Assembly: GCA_945875805.1 (NCBI GenBank)
Contig: CAMCLY010000003.1
Span: 1 to 55,009 of the forward strand
Length of the DNA: 55,009 bases
Direction of reading: 5' to 3'
Source: an uncultured Myxococcales bacterium
GTDB lineage: Bacteria > Myxococcota_A > Bradymonadia > UBA4248
Shown here: in pieces, positions 20,144-28,963 of the stretch
Position numbering within the stretch: position 1 is the stretch's first letter
Layout: the number at the start of each line of letters is the position of its first letter
The notes under the pieces: generated by a model
What the model was told of the DNA's origin: nothing
Database searches by the model: none
Seen by the model: only the letters and a program-made list of their open reading frames with translations
Position numbers and translations under genes: made by a program

Positions 20144-22662
20144 GAGGTCTGAATACTGACAATGCCCTTCTGCCCAGACACGGCGACGATGTCGCCGGTC
20201 TTGACGCAGTTGAGAAGGTTGGGAATTGATACTACAGCAGGCGTTCCATACTCGCGTGCCACCACAAAGGCATGGGAAAGAGGGCCGCCGCGTTCCGTCA
20301 AAATTGCCGAAGCCACGAGAAAAAGCGGCGTCCATCCCACATCTGTCGACACCGTCGCCAGGATTTCCCCATACTCCAGATGAGAGGCTTCTTCGAGCGT
20401 GCGCGCCACGCGCACGCGAGCCCGGACACATCCCGGCGACGCCGGAAGACCATACAGCACGCGCGTCGGTTCCCCCACCGGTTCTTCACATTGATTGGGA
20501 TGCGTGACAAACGTGTCCGGAAGCGGACGCGCCCCCAAAAACGCTTCGTGTCGTGCCCGTCGAAAGGCCACCAAAATCCGCGCGCGCAATAGCGATTCAG
20601 GATGGGCAAGCCAACGTTGGAACTCCTCGTACGTCAGATAAAAGACGTCCGAAACGTCACCGAGAATACCCTGCAAGACCATCGCTTCCGCCGATTCCAG
20701 AAAAAACTTCCGGAACAGGCCGAGCACATCGACGACATAGGCACGCCATTGTTCGCGAAGACGCGCATTCTTCTGGGCATACCCCAGAATCGTTCTAAAC
20801 AGAGGACGCATGCAACTCGACAGCATTGCGCGAAATTCCCCCATGCGCGTCTCGCGATTGGCCGTCGCCGTATCGACAGCCGCACGGCTTTCGTGCGTCA
20901 CCTCCGACTTCAAATGCGTGCATATCACGCGAAACAGAAAACTCGGATCCTCGCGCCAACGCGGGTTTGCCAGCTCCGCCTCCTGATTGGCTCGCGCACC
21001 ATAGCGTTGCATAAAGGCATCAAATTGTTGCCAAAACGCCGTTCCACCTTCCATCGGTTCCGTGCGCGCGCGAAAGGTCGCCAGCTCCGCCGCCCCAGGC
21101 GGCGTCATAAAGGCCGAGGTCAGCTCGGCATGCGGACGAATCGCATTGGCCATGTCGAGCAACGCAAGCCCCGGCGCCGCACTCGTCACGTCGAGTAGAC
21201 CGCTAAAAAGATACGATTCCAAAAACTCGTCATGCGCCTCGTTAAAATGATCGAGAAAGGCCGTACACACCACATAAGACGCAAGAAAACTCCCGCTCGC
21301 CCCAAGCATGTCATACGCACAATCCACAAAAAGCGCATCGAGTGACGCAAACACCTCGCGACGCTTTGACGGACTCGCGTGTCTTAAATCGACCTTCAAC
21401 AGGGCATCGCGCCGACGGCAAAAATCGACGGCATGTTGGGACAAATGCCTGAGGCGCGATTGCATCCCGACGATCGTCGCCATGGTCTTGGGAAGATTTT
21501 TGACAAAATGACGGCGACGCAGCGGCGCAATCGTCCCCACATAATCCGCCATCTGTTTGATTCCCGCCACGCGGCCGATCAAGTTGAGATCGACAAACGG
21601 CACCTGTGAAGCCACACTCAGGATTTCTGACACGTTGAGGTAAATGTGCCCGTCAAACGTCGTCACAAATTCATACCCGGGGGGCACCGAAAGCCCAAGC
21701 GCCCCAAAAACCGTTTCAAATCCCTCTTTGGCAATCCGCATCCCGACGCTCCACGTCATGGGCGAACATACCCCCGAAAGAGCCTCCCCCACGTTGACGT
21801 TGGAATAGAGCGTCGATCGTTCGTCAGACCCAGGCGCCACAATATCGCGCGTCTGAAGGATGAAAAGCCCGCCATCGGCAAAGGCGAACTCTATGTCCTG
21901 GGGTTTTCCAAAGTGTCGTTCTATGTCTAGGGATACGCGGATGAGCTCCCTCAAATCGCGTTCATTCAGGCATTCCGAAGCCGTGATGTTTTCACCGTCC
22001 CGACGGTCGATACACAGGGACTCTCCGGCTTTACCGTCGACCACCATCGCCCCCTGGCCGCGCGATACGTTGACGAGCATGGCGCGGGATCCTTCCATCG
22101 GGTGATGCGTAAACACGACCCCCGCCACCTCCGAGTCGACAAACGCCTGCACAATCACCGCCATCGACGGCACCGGACCGCTCAACGATGCCTGCGACGG
22201 ATACAGCAGACGCTCCCGTGCATAAAAACTCTGCCACACCGTGCGAATGGCGTTTAAACACGCTTCGACCGACGACACGCCAATGACGCTCTCCTGAAGC
22301 CCCGCAAAGGAATGGGTTTGCGAATCCTCATCCGTCGAACTCGAGCGCACCGCCCAGCATCGCGCCGGCGTTTCGTCCATGGCCGTGCGCAAGGCGTCTT
22401 CAAACGCCTGCGGAAAAGCCATCTTTGCCACCACTTCACGCGCGCCCATTCCGGGATTTGCGCACAGCCCCGCATCCATGATCGATTCAAAAAACTCGGT
22501 CGAAATAACAAAACCAGGAGGCACACAAAAGCCCTCACTTGCCAGTTTCGACAAATTAACCGCTTTCCCCCCATACCGCTCTAAGCACCACTCCATGCCG
22601 TGTTCCGGTACGCATGACGCCACCTCGTCTAGGGTAATGAATCGCAACGTTCCAATTTCCAT
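20140..22662 (-). CDS. PEP-utilising enzyme (ATP-grasp, central domain, His-swivel; RPH/PigC-like architecture), 840 aa
   Basis: GGKAVNL, AVRSSSTDED...SFAG, PQDIEF...LQTR, and C-terminal TDVGWTPLF...GGPLSHAFVVAREYGTPAV. Confidence 0.88.
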   Translation of the reverse strand: MEIGTLRFITLDEVASCVPEHGMEWCLERYGGKAVNLSKLASEGFCVPPGFVISTEFFESIMDAGLCANPGMGAREVVAKMAFPQAFEDALRTAMDETPARCWAVRSSSTDEDSQTHSFAGLQESVIGVSSVEACLNAIRTVWQSFYARERLLYPSQASLSGPVPSMAVIVQAFVDSEVAGVVFTHHPMEGSRAMLVNVSRGQGAMVVDGKAGESLCIDRRDGENITASECLNERDLRELIRVSLDIERHFGKPQDIEFAFADGGLFILQTRDIVAPGSDERSTLYSNVNVGEALSGVCSPMTWSVGMRIAKEGFETVFGALGLSVPPGYEFVTTFDGHIYLNVSEILSVASQVPFVDLNLIGRVAGIKQMADYVGTIAPLRRRHFVKNLPKTMATIVGMQSRLRHLSQHAVDFCRRRDALLKVDLRHASPSKRREVFASLDALFVDCAYDMLGASGSFLASYVVCTAFLDHFNEAHDEFLESYLFSGLLDVTSAAPGLALLDMANAIRPHAELTSAFMTPPGAAELATFRARTEPMEGGTAFWQQFDAFMQRYGARANQEAELANPRWREDPSFLFRVICTHLKSEVTHESRAAVDTATANRETRMGEFRAMLSSCMRPLFRTILGYAQKNARLREQWRAYVVDVLGLFRKFFLESAEAMVLQGILGDVSDVFYLTYEEFQRWLAHPESLLRARILVAFRRARHEAFLGARPLPDTFVTHPNQCEEPVGEPTRVLYGLPASPGCVRARVRVARTLEEASHLEYGEILATVSTDVGWTPLFLVASAILTERGGPLSHAFVVAREYGTPAVVSIPNLLNCVKTGDIVAVSGQKGIVSIQTS

Positions 22663-23288
22663 CCCTGGTCCTTACATGTCAGCGTGATCTGATCCTTTTC
22701 GCCAAGACGCACCATGGCGAGGTGTCCCCAGAAATCCACACGGTCAGGGGAAATCGCGTCATATTGCAATGCGCGCCTGACTCGACGTTGTGATGCCCCA
22801 TCCCATTCCGGATGGCGATCGGCATAGTCGTTGAGCAGTTCAATAAACTGGGGCGTTTGCATGGCGCGGATCAGCGCCATGCGCCGTGCGTCTCCCGTGT
22901 CGGCTGCTCCCGAACGGGGAACTTCGCTTAACTTCCATGTTTCAAGCGGCACAAAGGTCATCTCTCCGCACGGATCGTCAGCTCGCACAACATGAATGTC
23001 TGGCGAGGTCGCATCCAGCGCATCTTTCATCCTCTGCACCTCATCGTCAAACAGCGATCGATGAGACTCAAACCACGCCACAAACGATTCGCGCGACATT
23101 CGCGCCTGCACATCCTGTCCAAGCATGTCATACACGACAACGCCATCCCCTCGCGCGACGGCCCTGTCAAACGACTCGACAAATTGCGCCACGCGCATGC
23201 GCTCCGACATCTCGGTACTTTCCCTCGTCGTGGCACACGCCAATCCCGCACAACCTAAGGTTAAAATCACAAGCCACACACGCCTCAT
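22629..23288 (-). CDS. Hypothetical lipoprotein, about 219 aa
   Basis: MRRVWLVILTLGCAGLAC signal/lipobox; overlaps the downstream gene, consistent with an operon with the PEP-utilising enzyme and metH. Confidence 0.7.
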   Translation of the reverse strand: MRRVWLVILTLGCAGLACATTRESTEMSERMRVAQFVESFDRAVARGDGVVVYDMLGQDVQARMSRESFVAWFESHRSLFDDEVQRMKDALDATSPDIHVVRADDPCGEMTFVPLETWKLSEVPRSGAADTGDARRMALIRAMQTPQFIELLNDYADRHPEWDGASQRRVRRALQYDAISPDRVDFWGHLAMVRLGEKDQITLTCKDQGWKLERCDSLP

Positions 23289-23351
23289 AAATCCCCACCT
23301 CAACGGCGGTTTCCTTACAACGCCCCACAAACCTTGACAATAAAAGAAGGC

Positions 23352-23540
23352 TTTTTGTGTGGGGGACTTGTCCCCCTACGCCCCGCCCCGAAATGCGAAA
23401 AGGGAACATAGCTATGCCATGTTCCCTTTTCGCATTTCATGCTCTATTACGGCGACTTTTTGAGGCGCGCGAATGCCAACATAGCTATGCCATGTTCCCT
23501 TTTCGCATTTCATGAGCTTGTGAGGCTTAGGTGCGTCGTG
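23352..23540 (-). repeat. Palindromic element family A, copy 3, with internal partial duplication
   Basis: 49-nt hairpin at 23390-23438; AACATAGCTATGCCATGTTCCCTTTTCGCATTTCATG duplicated at about 23405 and 23478. Confidence 0.85.
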
Positions 23541-23940
23541 TTTGGCCCAGTTTTTTGGGGGATGGGTGGGGCTTTTTAGTCCTTTTGTGCCGGCAGGGAT
23601 AACGCTCGACGTCGCACCATGCGTCTAGAAATGGCAAAAGCATGCGGTTAAACACCACCGGTATGTCACAGAAATGATGGTGATTCCAGGAAACGAAGAG
23701 GTGCCGGAGGGATCGGCCGATATGCCATGACCGACGTCAACGATGAAGTTGACAACGAGGCGGCGCATTTCGGCGACCACAATGAAGGCCATGGAGGGCC
23801 GACGATCCACTGCGACAGGACATCGCAACGTCGCGTGCCCATATGTACCGAAAACCGGGGGGCTCTAGAGGACAAAGCCCAAAGGAACCACGCGGCAGCG
23901 AGTCCCCCAGACAGCAGAAGGCGTAAAAAATACGACAGGG

Positions 23941-23974
23941 AAAAACGAAAATCCCCTCTCTGACAGAGAGGGGA
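23941..23974 (-). terminator. Intrinsic terminator of the 24006-24983 gene
   Basis: TCCCCTCTC-TGACA-GAGAGGGGA hairpin with a T-rich tail on the minus strand. Confidence 0.7.
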
Positions 23975-24005
23975 CCGGAAGTGAACTCAAGATGGATTAT
24001 ATCTA

Positions 24006-24983
24006 TTAAAATTCATCCTCATCATAACCGTTTGTACATTTTCCAGTAGTCTCATCACAGAGATTTCCGCTGCATGCACCGGCTTCGATTAACGTATAGT
24101 TCACACCTGCTATCGTACTGCAATAAGTTCTTATAGACCCCACTTCACCTTCTTGTTCCATACACCTATACGTATCTGGCGTACCAAGCGTACATCCCGT
24201 TTCTCCCGTGTGACAGTACATGTCATAGGGGAAATCTGGATCGCCTGTAGGAATCCCAAAGCATACCTTACCACCAACTCCCTTGCAAAATGCCAAATCA
24301 TCAGCACTGCAATCTACAACATTGTCGTTGCCAGCGCTGGTTTTACACGCTTTATTTTCACAACCGTTTGCGCATTCTTCTTTGGTCGTCCAAGCATTGT
24401 TTGCACAGATTTGCAGAGTATTGCCGGAACACTGCAAGGCACCTTCACTGCAAGACGGTGACTCCTCTTCGGAACATGCGTTATTGCTGCAACCGTTTTC
24501 GCATTCTTCTTTGGTCGTCCAAGCATTGTTTGCACAGATTTGCAGAGTATTGCCGGAACACTGCAAGGCGCCTTCACTACAGACAGTTCCGCCCCCTTCA
24601 CTCGACACCTCACATTCAGAAAGCGCAACAAGCTCGTCTTTACAAACATTCAAGCCAGACACATTTGGTGTATATCCCTTCGTTTCATAAATATGATATA
24701 AATGATCCGACAAAACCCCATAATTTTCACACGATTGCTTGCCCGCACACTTAACTACATCCACAAATTTTTCTGAGCAGGCATCCGACATGGGCTTTTG
24801 ATTAAAATCACAAACTTTTCCAATAAAAATATTACCTTCAGCCCCCACAGACATATAACAGGACTCTTGCTTTTCACACCATCCTGAAATATTTTTATCG
24901 GGACCTGAACTCTTCTCATCATCACTACATGACGCTGTAAATCCAATCAACCCAACCAATATTAAAGCAATTTTCTTGTTCAT
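24006..24983 (-). CDS. Low-GC cysteine-rich lipoprotein with a 43-aa internal duplication
   Basis: MNKKIALILVGLIGFTASC lipobox; CSEGALQCSGNTLQICANNAWTTKEEC twice; clearly AT-richer than its flanks. Confidence 0.85.
   Translation of the reverse strand: MNKKIALILVGLIGFTASCSDDEKSSGPDKNISGWCEKQESCYMSVGAEGNIFIGKVCDFNQKPMSDACSEKFVDVVKCAGKQSCENYGVLSDHLYHIYETKGYTPNVSGLNVCKDELVALSECEVSSEGGGTVCSEGALQCSGNTLQICANNAWTTKEECENGCSNNACSEEESPSCSEGALQCSGNTLQICANNAWTTKEECANGCENKACKTSAGNDNVVDCSADDLAFCKGVGGKVCFGIPTGDPDFPYDMYCHTGETGCTLGTPDTYRCMEQEGEVGSIRTYCSTIAGVNYTLIEAGACSGNLCDETTGKCTNGYDEDEF
24361..24581. repeat. Intragenic direct repeat, period 129 bp
   Basis: About 90 nearly identical bp starting at 24361 and at 24490. 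Confidence 0.9.
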
Positions 24984-25142
24984 CACTCATACCTCTATGT
25001 CAAAGTGAGTTTGGATGACTAAAGTACACCTTGTCTTTAGTCTTTTTCTGCAAAAAGCAAAATGAATGCCAAACAAACCCAAACGACACTACCGACAGAT
25101 AGCGACGTCTGGCGATCAAGCATAAATAAACAGATGCGCGAC

Positions 25143-25177
25143 GACCGCGTATTGCCCTAATGGGCAATACAGCGGTC
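25143..25177. repeat. Variant single CGTAT hairpin
   Basis: GACCGC-GTATTGCCC-TAAT-GGGCAATAC-A-GCGGTC; may also act as a terminator. Confidence 0.6.
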
Positions 25178-25199
25178 TATTTTGCCATGATCCTGTGGT

Positions 25200-28100
25200 T
25201 TACGCTATGCGTCGACGTCGCACCACGAGCCCGCACACGCCCAATCCGGCGAGCCACCACAACCCCGAATGAGAGGGACGGGACGACATCATACTGCACG
25301 AACCACCGGACGCGTTATCGTATCCCGGTTCAAACACATCTTCGTGATACACAAAGAAAGAGATTTCGTCCGTTCTGCCCGATTCAGGATTTTCGGCGTC
25401 CTCTGCGTAGGCGCGATATTCACCGACTTCGAGGGTCTGATCACCGCAAACCCAGCGTCCGTTGTCATTGACCAATGCGGTGCAACTCGACACCGGCGTG
25501 TCCTGAACCTCTTCCAGATAGCGGTAATAATTCACGCGCACGGTTTTGCCCGGATCGGCGGTACCCGAAAACACGACGGGGTAAATTGCCCCATTGATGC
25601 CGGCCCCATCGACAGGCGTCAAAATGGCGATATTGGCCGCCGGATTGTCTTCGGTCATGAACGTGACATTTTCACGCGAAGGAATCGTCAGTCCTCTATC
25701 ATTCTGCCAACGCGCCTCGACGGTATAGGCCGTATTGTATTCGAGGTTAAAATCGGCCGTACATGTCCACGTCTTGTCGGGCGCAATCTCGCTCTGACAC
25801 AGGCGCACCGCTTCGTCCTTCCCGACACTCCACACCGACACATTCCCCGTCGTCTGTTCGATCGTCCCTCTGAACTGGGGCAAAATGGAAACCACGCTTC
25901 CATTTTGGGGTACCAAAATGAACGGCGGCGTCCACACGAACAAAAACGTCACGCTGGCCGAAACGATCTCGACATCATTGCTTCTCACATAGGACGCCTG
26001 AATCGTGTGTGAACCTTCCCCTATATCCGGACCGGCCACGCAGTCCCAACGCCCGTCCGTATCCGACAACGCCTCGCACAAAATCTCCTGACTGCCCACC
26101 TCTCGCACGAACACATGGACATCCGGCTCGGCGGTTCCCCTGACTTTGAGGGTGTTGTAGACGGTCTCATTTTCGGTGGGCTGGGTAATCTTCACCGCAC
26201 GCGGAAAAATGACTTCAAACGCGTGATCGTCTGTAATGGTCTCGCCGGCATCGTTAGTGATACTGGCCACAACGATGTAGGAACCAGGGGTGAGAGAGGC
26301 TGTACACGCCCATTTTGAATCGGCCACGGTCGCCTGACACAATTCGACGTCGTTGTGCGTGACCGTCACCACCCCTTCGACGTTGGTCGTCCCGGCGATG
26401 CGGATGTCCGGACCTTCGATCAACCCATCGCCCTCGGGCTCTGTGATCTGGATGGAATCCGCGGTTTTGACCTCGATGGTGAAGGTCTCGCTGACGGCAT
26501 TTCCGTGATCATCGGTGACGGTCAACACGAGGGAATATGCCCCTTCGACCTGGGTAGCGGGCACATAGAGAACGGGGTTGAGGATATCCGTTTGGGACAA
26601 GGCGCCAGCCAACGTGCCGGTCCACGCATAGGTGAGCGGATCGCCGTCGGGATCGGAGGCTTTCACGTCAAACGCCACCGTGTCGCCGGGTTTGACGAGA
26701 TAAGACGTCTGAACAGGCGTGATGACGGGAGGTCTGTTTTCCTGAACAGCCTGACACATTCCATCGACGCACTGCTCTCCTGCGAGGCAGTTGGCGTCGG
26801 AGAGACAACCAGGCGTACAGACGGCAGCCTGACAAATCGAACCCGTGTCACAAGGCGTAAACGAAGAGACGCATTTGCCCTTCTGGCACGTGCCGCTCGA
26901 TATCCCGTTGTTGACGGCGTCACATGAAGCCTCGATGCACACGGTGCTGTCGGGTTTGTTGGAAATCTGACATCCCTTGGCGGGATCACACGTGGCGGCC
27001 TGTGTACACGCCGTTTCGGCGTCTTCACACGTATTGGCCACAAACCCAAAGTTGTCTTTGGTCGGGTCACACACCTGACATTTGTTGTCGGCAGCCGTCT
27101 CGCCGGCGGCATAACATTTTTCGTCGATCATGCAACGATCGGCGCGATAACACGAAGAATTGTCGTCGTTGAACAGGTGAATCGCGCCGGCGTTATCGGC
27201 GGTACCCACTTTGGTCGATGGCGCGGCAATGACGAGGTCGAGCCAGCCTGAATTGTTCAAATTGACGGCGAGGATCGAACGGCCGAAATCATCGTTGACC
27301 GTGGTATCGACGTCGGATTTTACCGTCCAATAGGGATCTTTTGAAAACCCGGAACCGTCGCGCGTCCCGAGGTAAACATAGGCGTATGCCTGGGCCCGGT
27401 TATTTTCGGCATCCTGACGATAGCCAGGGGCGCCGACGACGAGGTCGAGGACGCCATCGTTGTTGAGATCGACGGCGCGCACGGAGCTGCCAAAGCGTGC
27501 ATGCGAACGGCCGCCCACGGCCGACCAGAGTTTTTTGGACGCGTCGAAATCGCCGCCGTCGTTGGTATAGGTGCGCACGCGCCCCTCGCGTTTGAACGAC
27601 GTCTGAAGCATCGGTTCACCGACGATGAGATCGAGATCGCCGTCGCCATCGATATCGGCAAAAGCGATCGATTCGATCGACGCGCCGGAGTTTTCGGTTT
27701 TGTCTCCGAGGATGGGTTTGCGCGAAGGCTCGAACTTACCGTCTGCGGTCATGCGGTAGAAATGGATCGCCCCGCGGGGAGAAACCACGGAGTCGGCATC
27801 GTTGTAGAGGTTGTCGACGGCGACGATTTCGGGCGTTCCCTTGCCGTCGAGATCGACGATGTAGAGCGCCGAACCGAGCAGATTTTTATCTGCCGAGGCC
27901 GCCGTATCAATGACGGTGGCGTTGGTGAGCCGGGCGGCATCGGCGGTGCAGATGTCCGAGACGAATTTGATCTGGGCCGGCTTGTATTCATACTCCGGAG
28001 TCATGGGTTGGGTCTGGAACACGAGGTCTGCCTTGCCGTCGCCGTCGACATCGCCAACGGCGAGCTGGGTGCCGGCCAGTTCGAGCGAAGTGTTGTTATT

Positions 28101-28637
28101 AATGCGCCGGTTGAGCTTGGGCGCGTTTGCGGCGGCCCCTTTGGCACGGTAAATCAAGCCGAACGCGCCCGAATAATTGTTGTACGACGGCGCCGAAGCC
28201 ACGATGACGTCGGAATCCGCCTGATCGGGGCAGAAACTTCCCACGGCGAGGGCGGCGCCGAAGTTGTCCGGGGCACCGGTGTCCTTGGCCGGATAGCTGA
28301 ATTCTGAGACCGTGGCGCTGCCGTCGAATCGCACGACGACCTTGCCCTGAGAGGTCAGATCGCCATAGGACGACACGATGTCATACGTCGCGTTTTTGTT
28401 GAGAAGCCCGGCCCCCAACGTCCGGCCAAACTTGAGGTCTGCCCCCGGCTTTGCCGTCTGGAGCGTCGTCACGCTCGAGGATCCCCATGGGGAACCGCCG
28501 ATTTCGCCAAACAGTGCCTGAGCATTTGAAGAGAAATCCCCGGCAGACGGCGTGCAGACGTCATTTTCACAATCGGTGGATGCGCCACATCCGGCGAGGG
28601 CCACCGCGCAAAGCGCACAAATCTTATGTATTTTCAT
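25200..28637 (-). CDS. Surface protein: FG-GAP beta-propeller, Cys-rich region, Ig-like repeats and MYXO-CTERM, about 1145 aa
   Basis: MKIHKICALCAVALAGC lipobox; GDVDGDGKADL, DIDGDGDLDL, DLNNDGVLDL; ASDPDGDPLTYAW; Ig-like G.W.C repeats; C-terminal GGSCSM...LWWLAGLGVCGLVVRRRR. Confidence 0.88.
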   Translation of the reverse strand: MKIHKICALCAVALAGCGASTDCENDVCTPSAGDFSSNAQALFGEIGGSPWGSSSVTTLQTAKPGADLKFGRTLGAGLLNKNATYDIVSSYGDLTSQGKVVVRFDGSATVSEFSYPAKDTGAPDNFGAALAVGSFCPDQADSDVIVASAPSYNNYSGAFGLIYRAKGAAANAPKLNRRINNNTSLELAGTQLAVGDVDGDGKADLVFQTQPMTPEYEYKPAQIKFVSDICTADAARLTNATVIDTAASADKNLLGSALYIVDLDGKGTPEIVAVDNLYNDADSVVSPRGAIHFYRMTADGKFEPSRKPILGDKTENSGASIESIAFADIDGDGDLDLIVGEPMLQTSFKREGRVRTYTNDGGDFDASKKLWSAVGGRSHARFGSSVRAVDLNNDGVLDLVVGAPGYRQDAENNRAQAYAYVYLGTRDGSGFSKDPYWTVKSDVDTTVNDDFGRSILAVNLNNSGWLDLVIAAPSTKVGTADNAGAIHLFNDDNSSCYRADRCMIDEKCYAAGETAADNKCQVCDPTKDNFGFVANTCEDAETACTQAATCDPAKGCQISNKPDSTVCIEASCDAVNNGISSGTCQKGKCVSSFTPCDTGSICQAAVCTPGCLSDANCLAGEQCVDGMCQAVQENRPPVITPVQTSYLVKPGDTVAFDVKASDPDGDPLTYAWTGTLAGALSQTDILNPVLYVPATQVEGAYSLVLTVTDDHGNAVSETFTIEVKTADSIQITEPEGDGLIEGPDIRIAGTTNVEGVVTVTHNDVELCQATVADSKWACTASLTPGSYIVVASITNDAGETITDDHAFEVIFPRAVKITQPTENETVYNTLKVRGTAEPDVHVFVREVGSQEILCEALSDTDGRWDCVAGPDIGEGSHTIQASYVRSNDVEIVSASVTFLFVWTPPFILVPQNGSVVSILPQFRGTIEQTTGNVSVWSVGKDEAVRLCQSEIAPDKTWTCTADFNLEYNTAYTVEARWQNDRGLTIPSRENVTFMTEDNPAANIAILTPVDGAGINGAIYPVVFSGTADPGKTVRVNYYRYLEEVQDTPVSSCTALVNDNGRWVCGDQTLEVGEYRAYAEDAENPESGRTDEISFFVYHEDVFEPGYDNASGGSCSMMSSRPSHSGLWWLAGLGVCGLVVRRRRIA

Positions 28638-28770
28638 TCTCTCTCTCCCATGTTTGCTCAGACGTGAGCAAAAAACAATCACGCATAATTCTAGCACAGC
28701 GGAGCCCCGGAACAAAAGATTTAGCGCCCGAGGGGCGCCCAAAAGCCGGAGTGGCGCCGATCTGGGGATT

Positions 28771-28837
28771 TTCGGGCGTATCGGCTGCGCCGATAGCCCG
28801 AAGGCCTGGCCGTATCGGCGCAGCCGATAGGCCGGCC
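28771..28837 (+). repeat. Doublet of bulged CGTAT/ATAG hairpins
   Basis: TTCGGG-CGTATCGGC-TGC-GCCGATAG-CCCGAA and GGC-CGTATCGGC-GCA-GCCGATAG-GCC, between divergent genes. Confidence 0.85.
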
Positions 28838-28963
28838 CCCACAAAACACACAAAAACGCCATACGTGGGATTTTGGCTTTTTGAGAAAACGTAGTATAGT
28901 AAACGCGCTTTTTTTGAGTGAGGTGCGAGGTCAACGAAGTGGCGTCGTCTCATCCAAACGGAC

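Noticed and set aside
20144-20431. 96-aa N-terminal extension of MetH in the ORF track
   Set aside because: It overlaps the PEP-utilising gene; MetH homology starts at MKKTLQ (20143). Similar over-extensions were trimmed for miaA, mutL, the vWA gene, the FG-GAP gene and others.
20140-22662. Calling the gene rph (rifampin resistance) or ppsA
   Set aside because: The architecture is shared by many uncharacterised enzymes; it lacks the PpsA C-terminal TIM barrel, and substrate specificity cannot be read from sequence.
23600-23963. Short ORFs (67-78 aa) in the 23.6-23.96 kb gap
   Set aside because: No clear RBS or motif, and conflicting frames; may be a gene remnant but cannot be supported.
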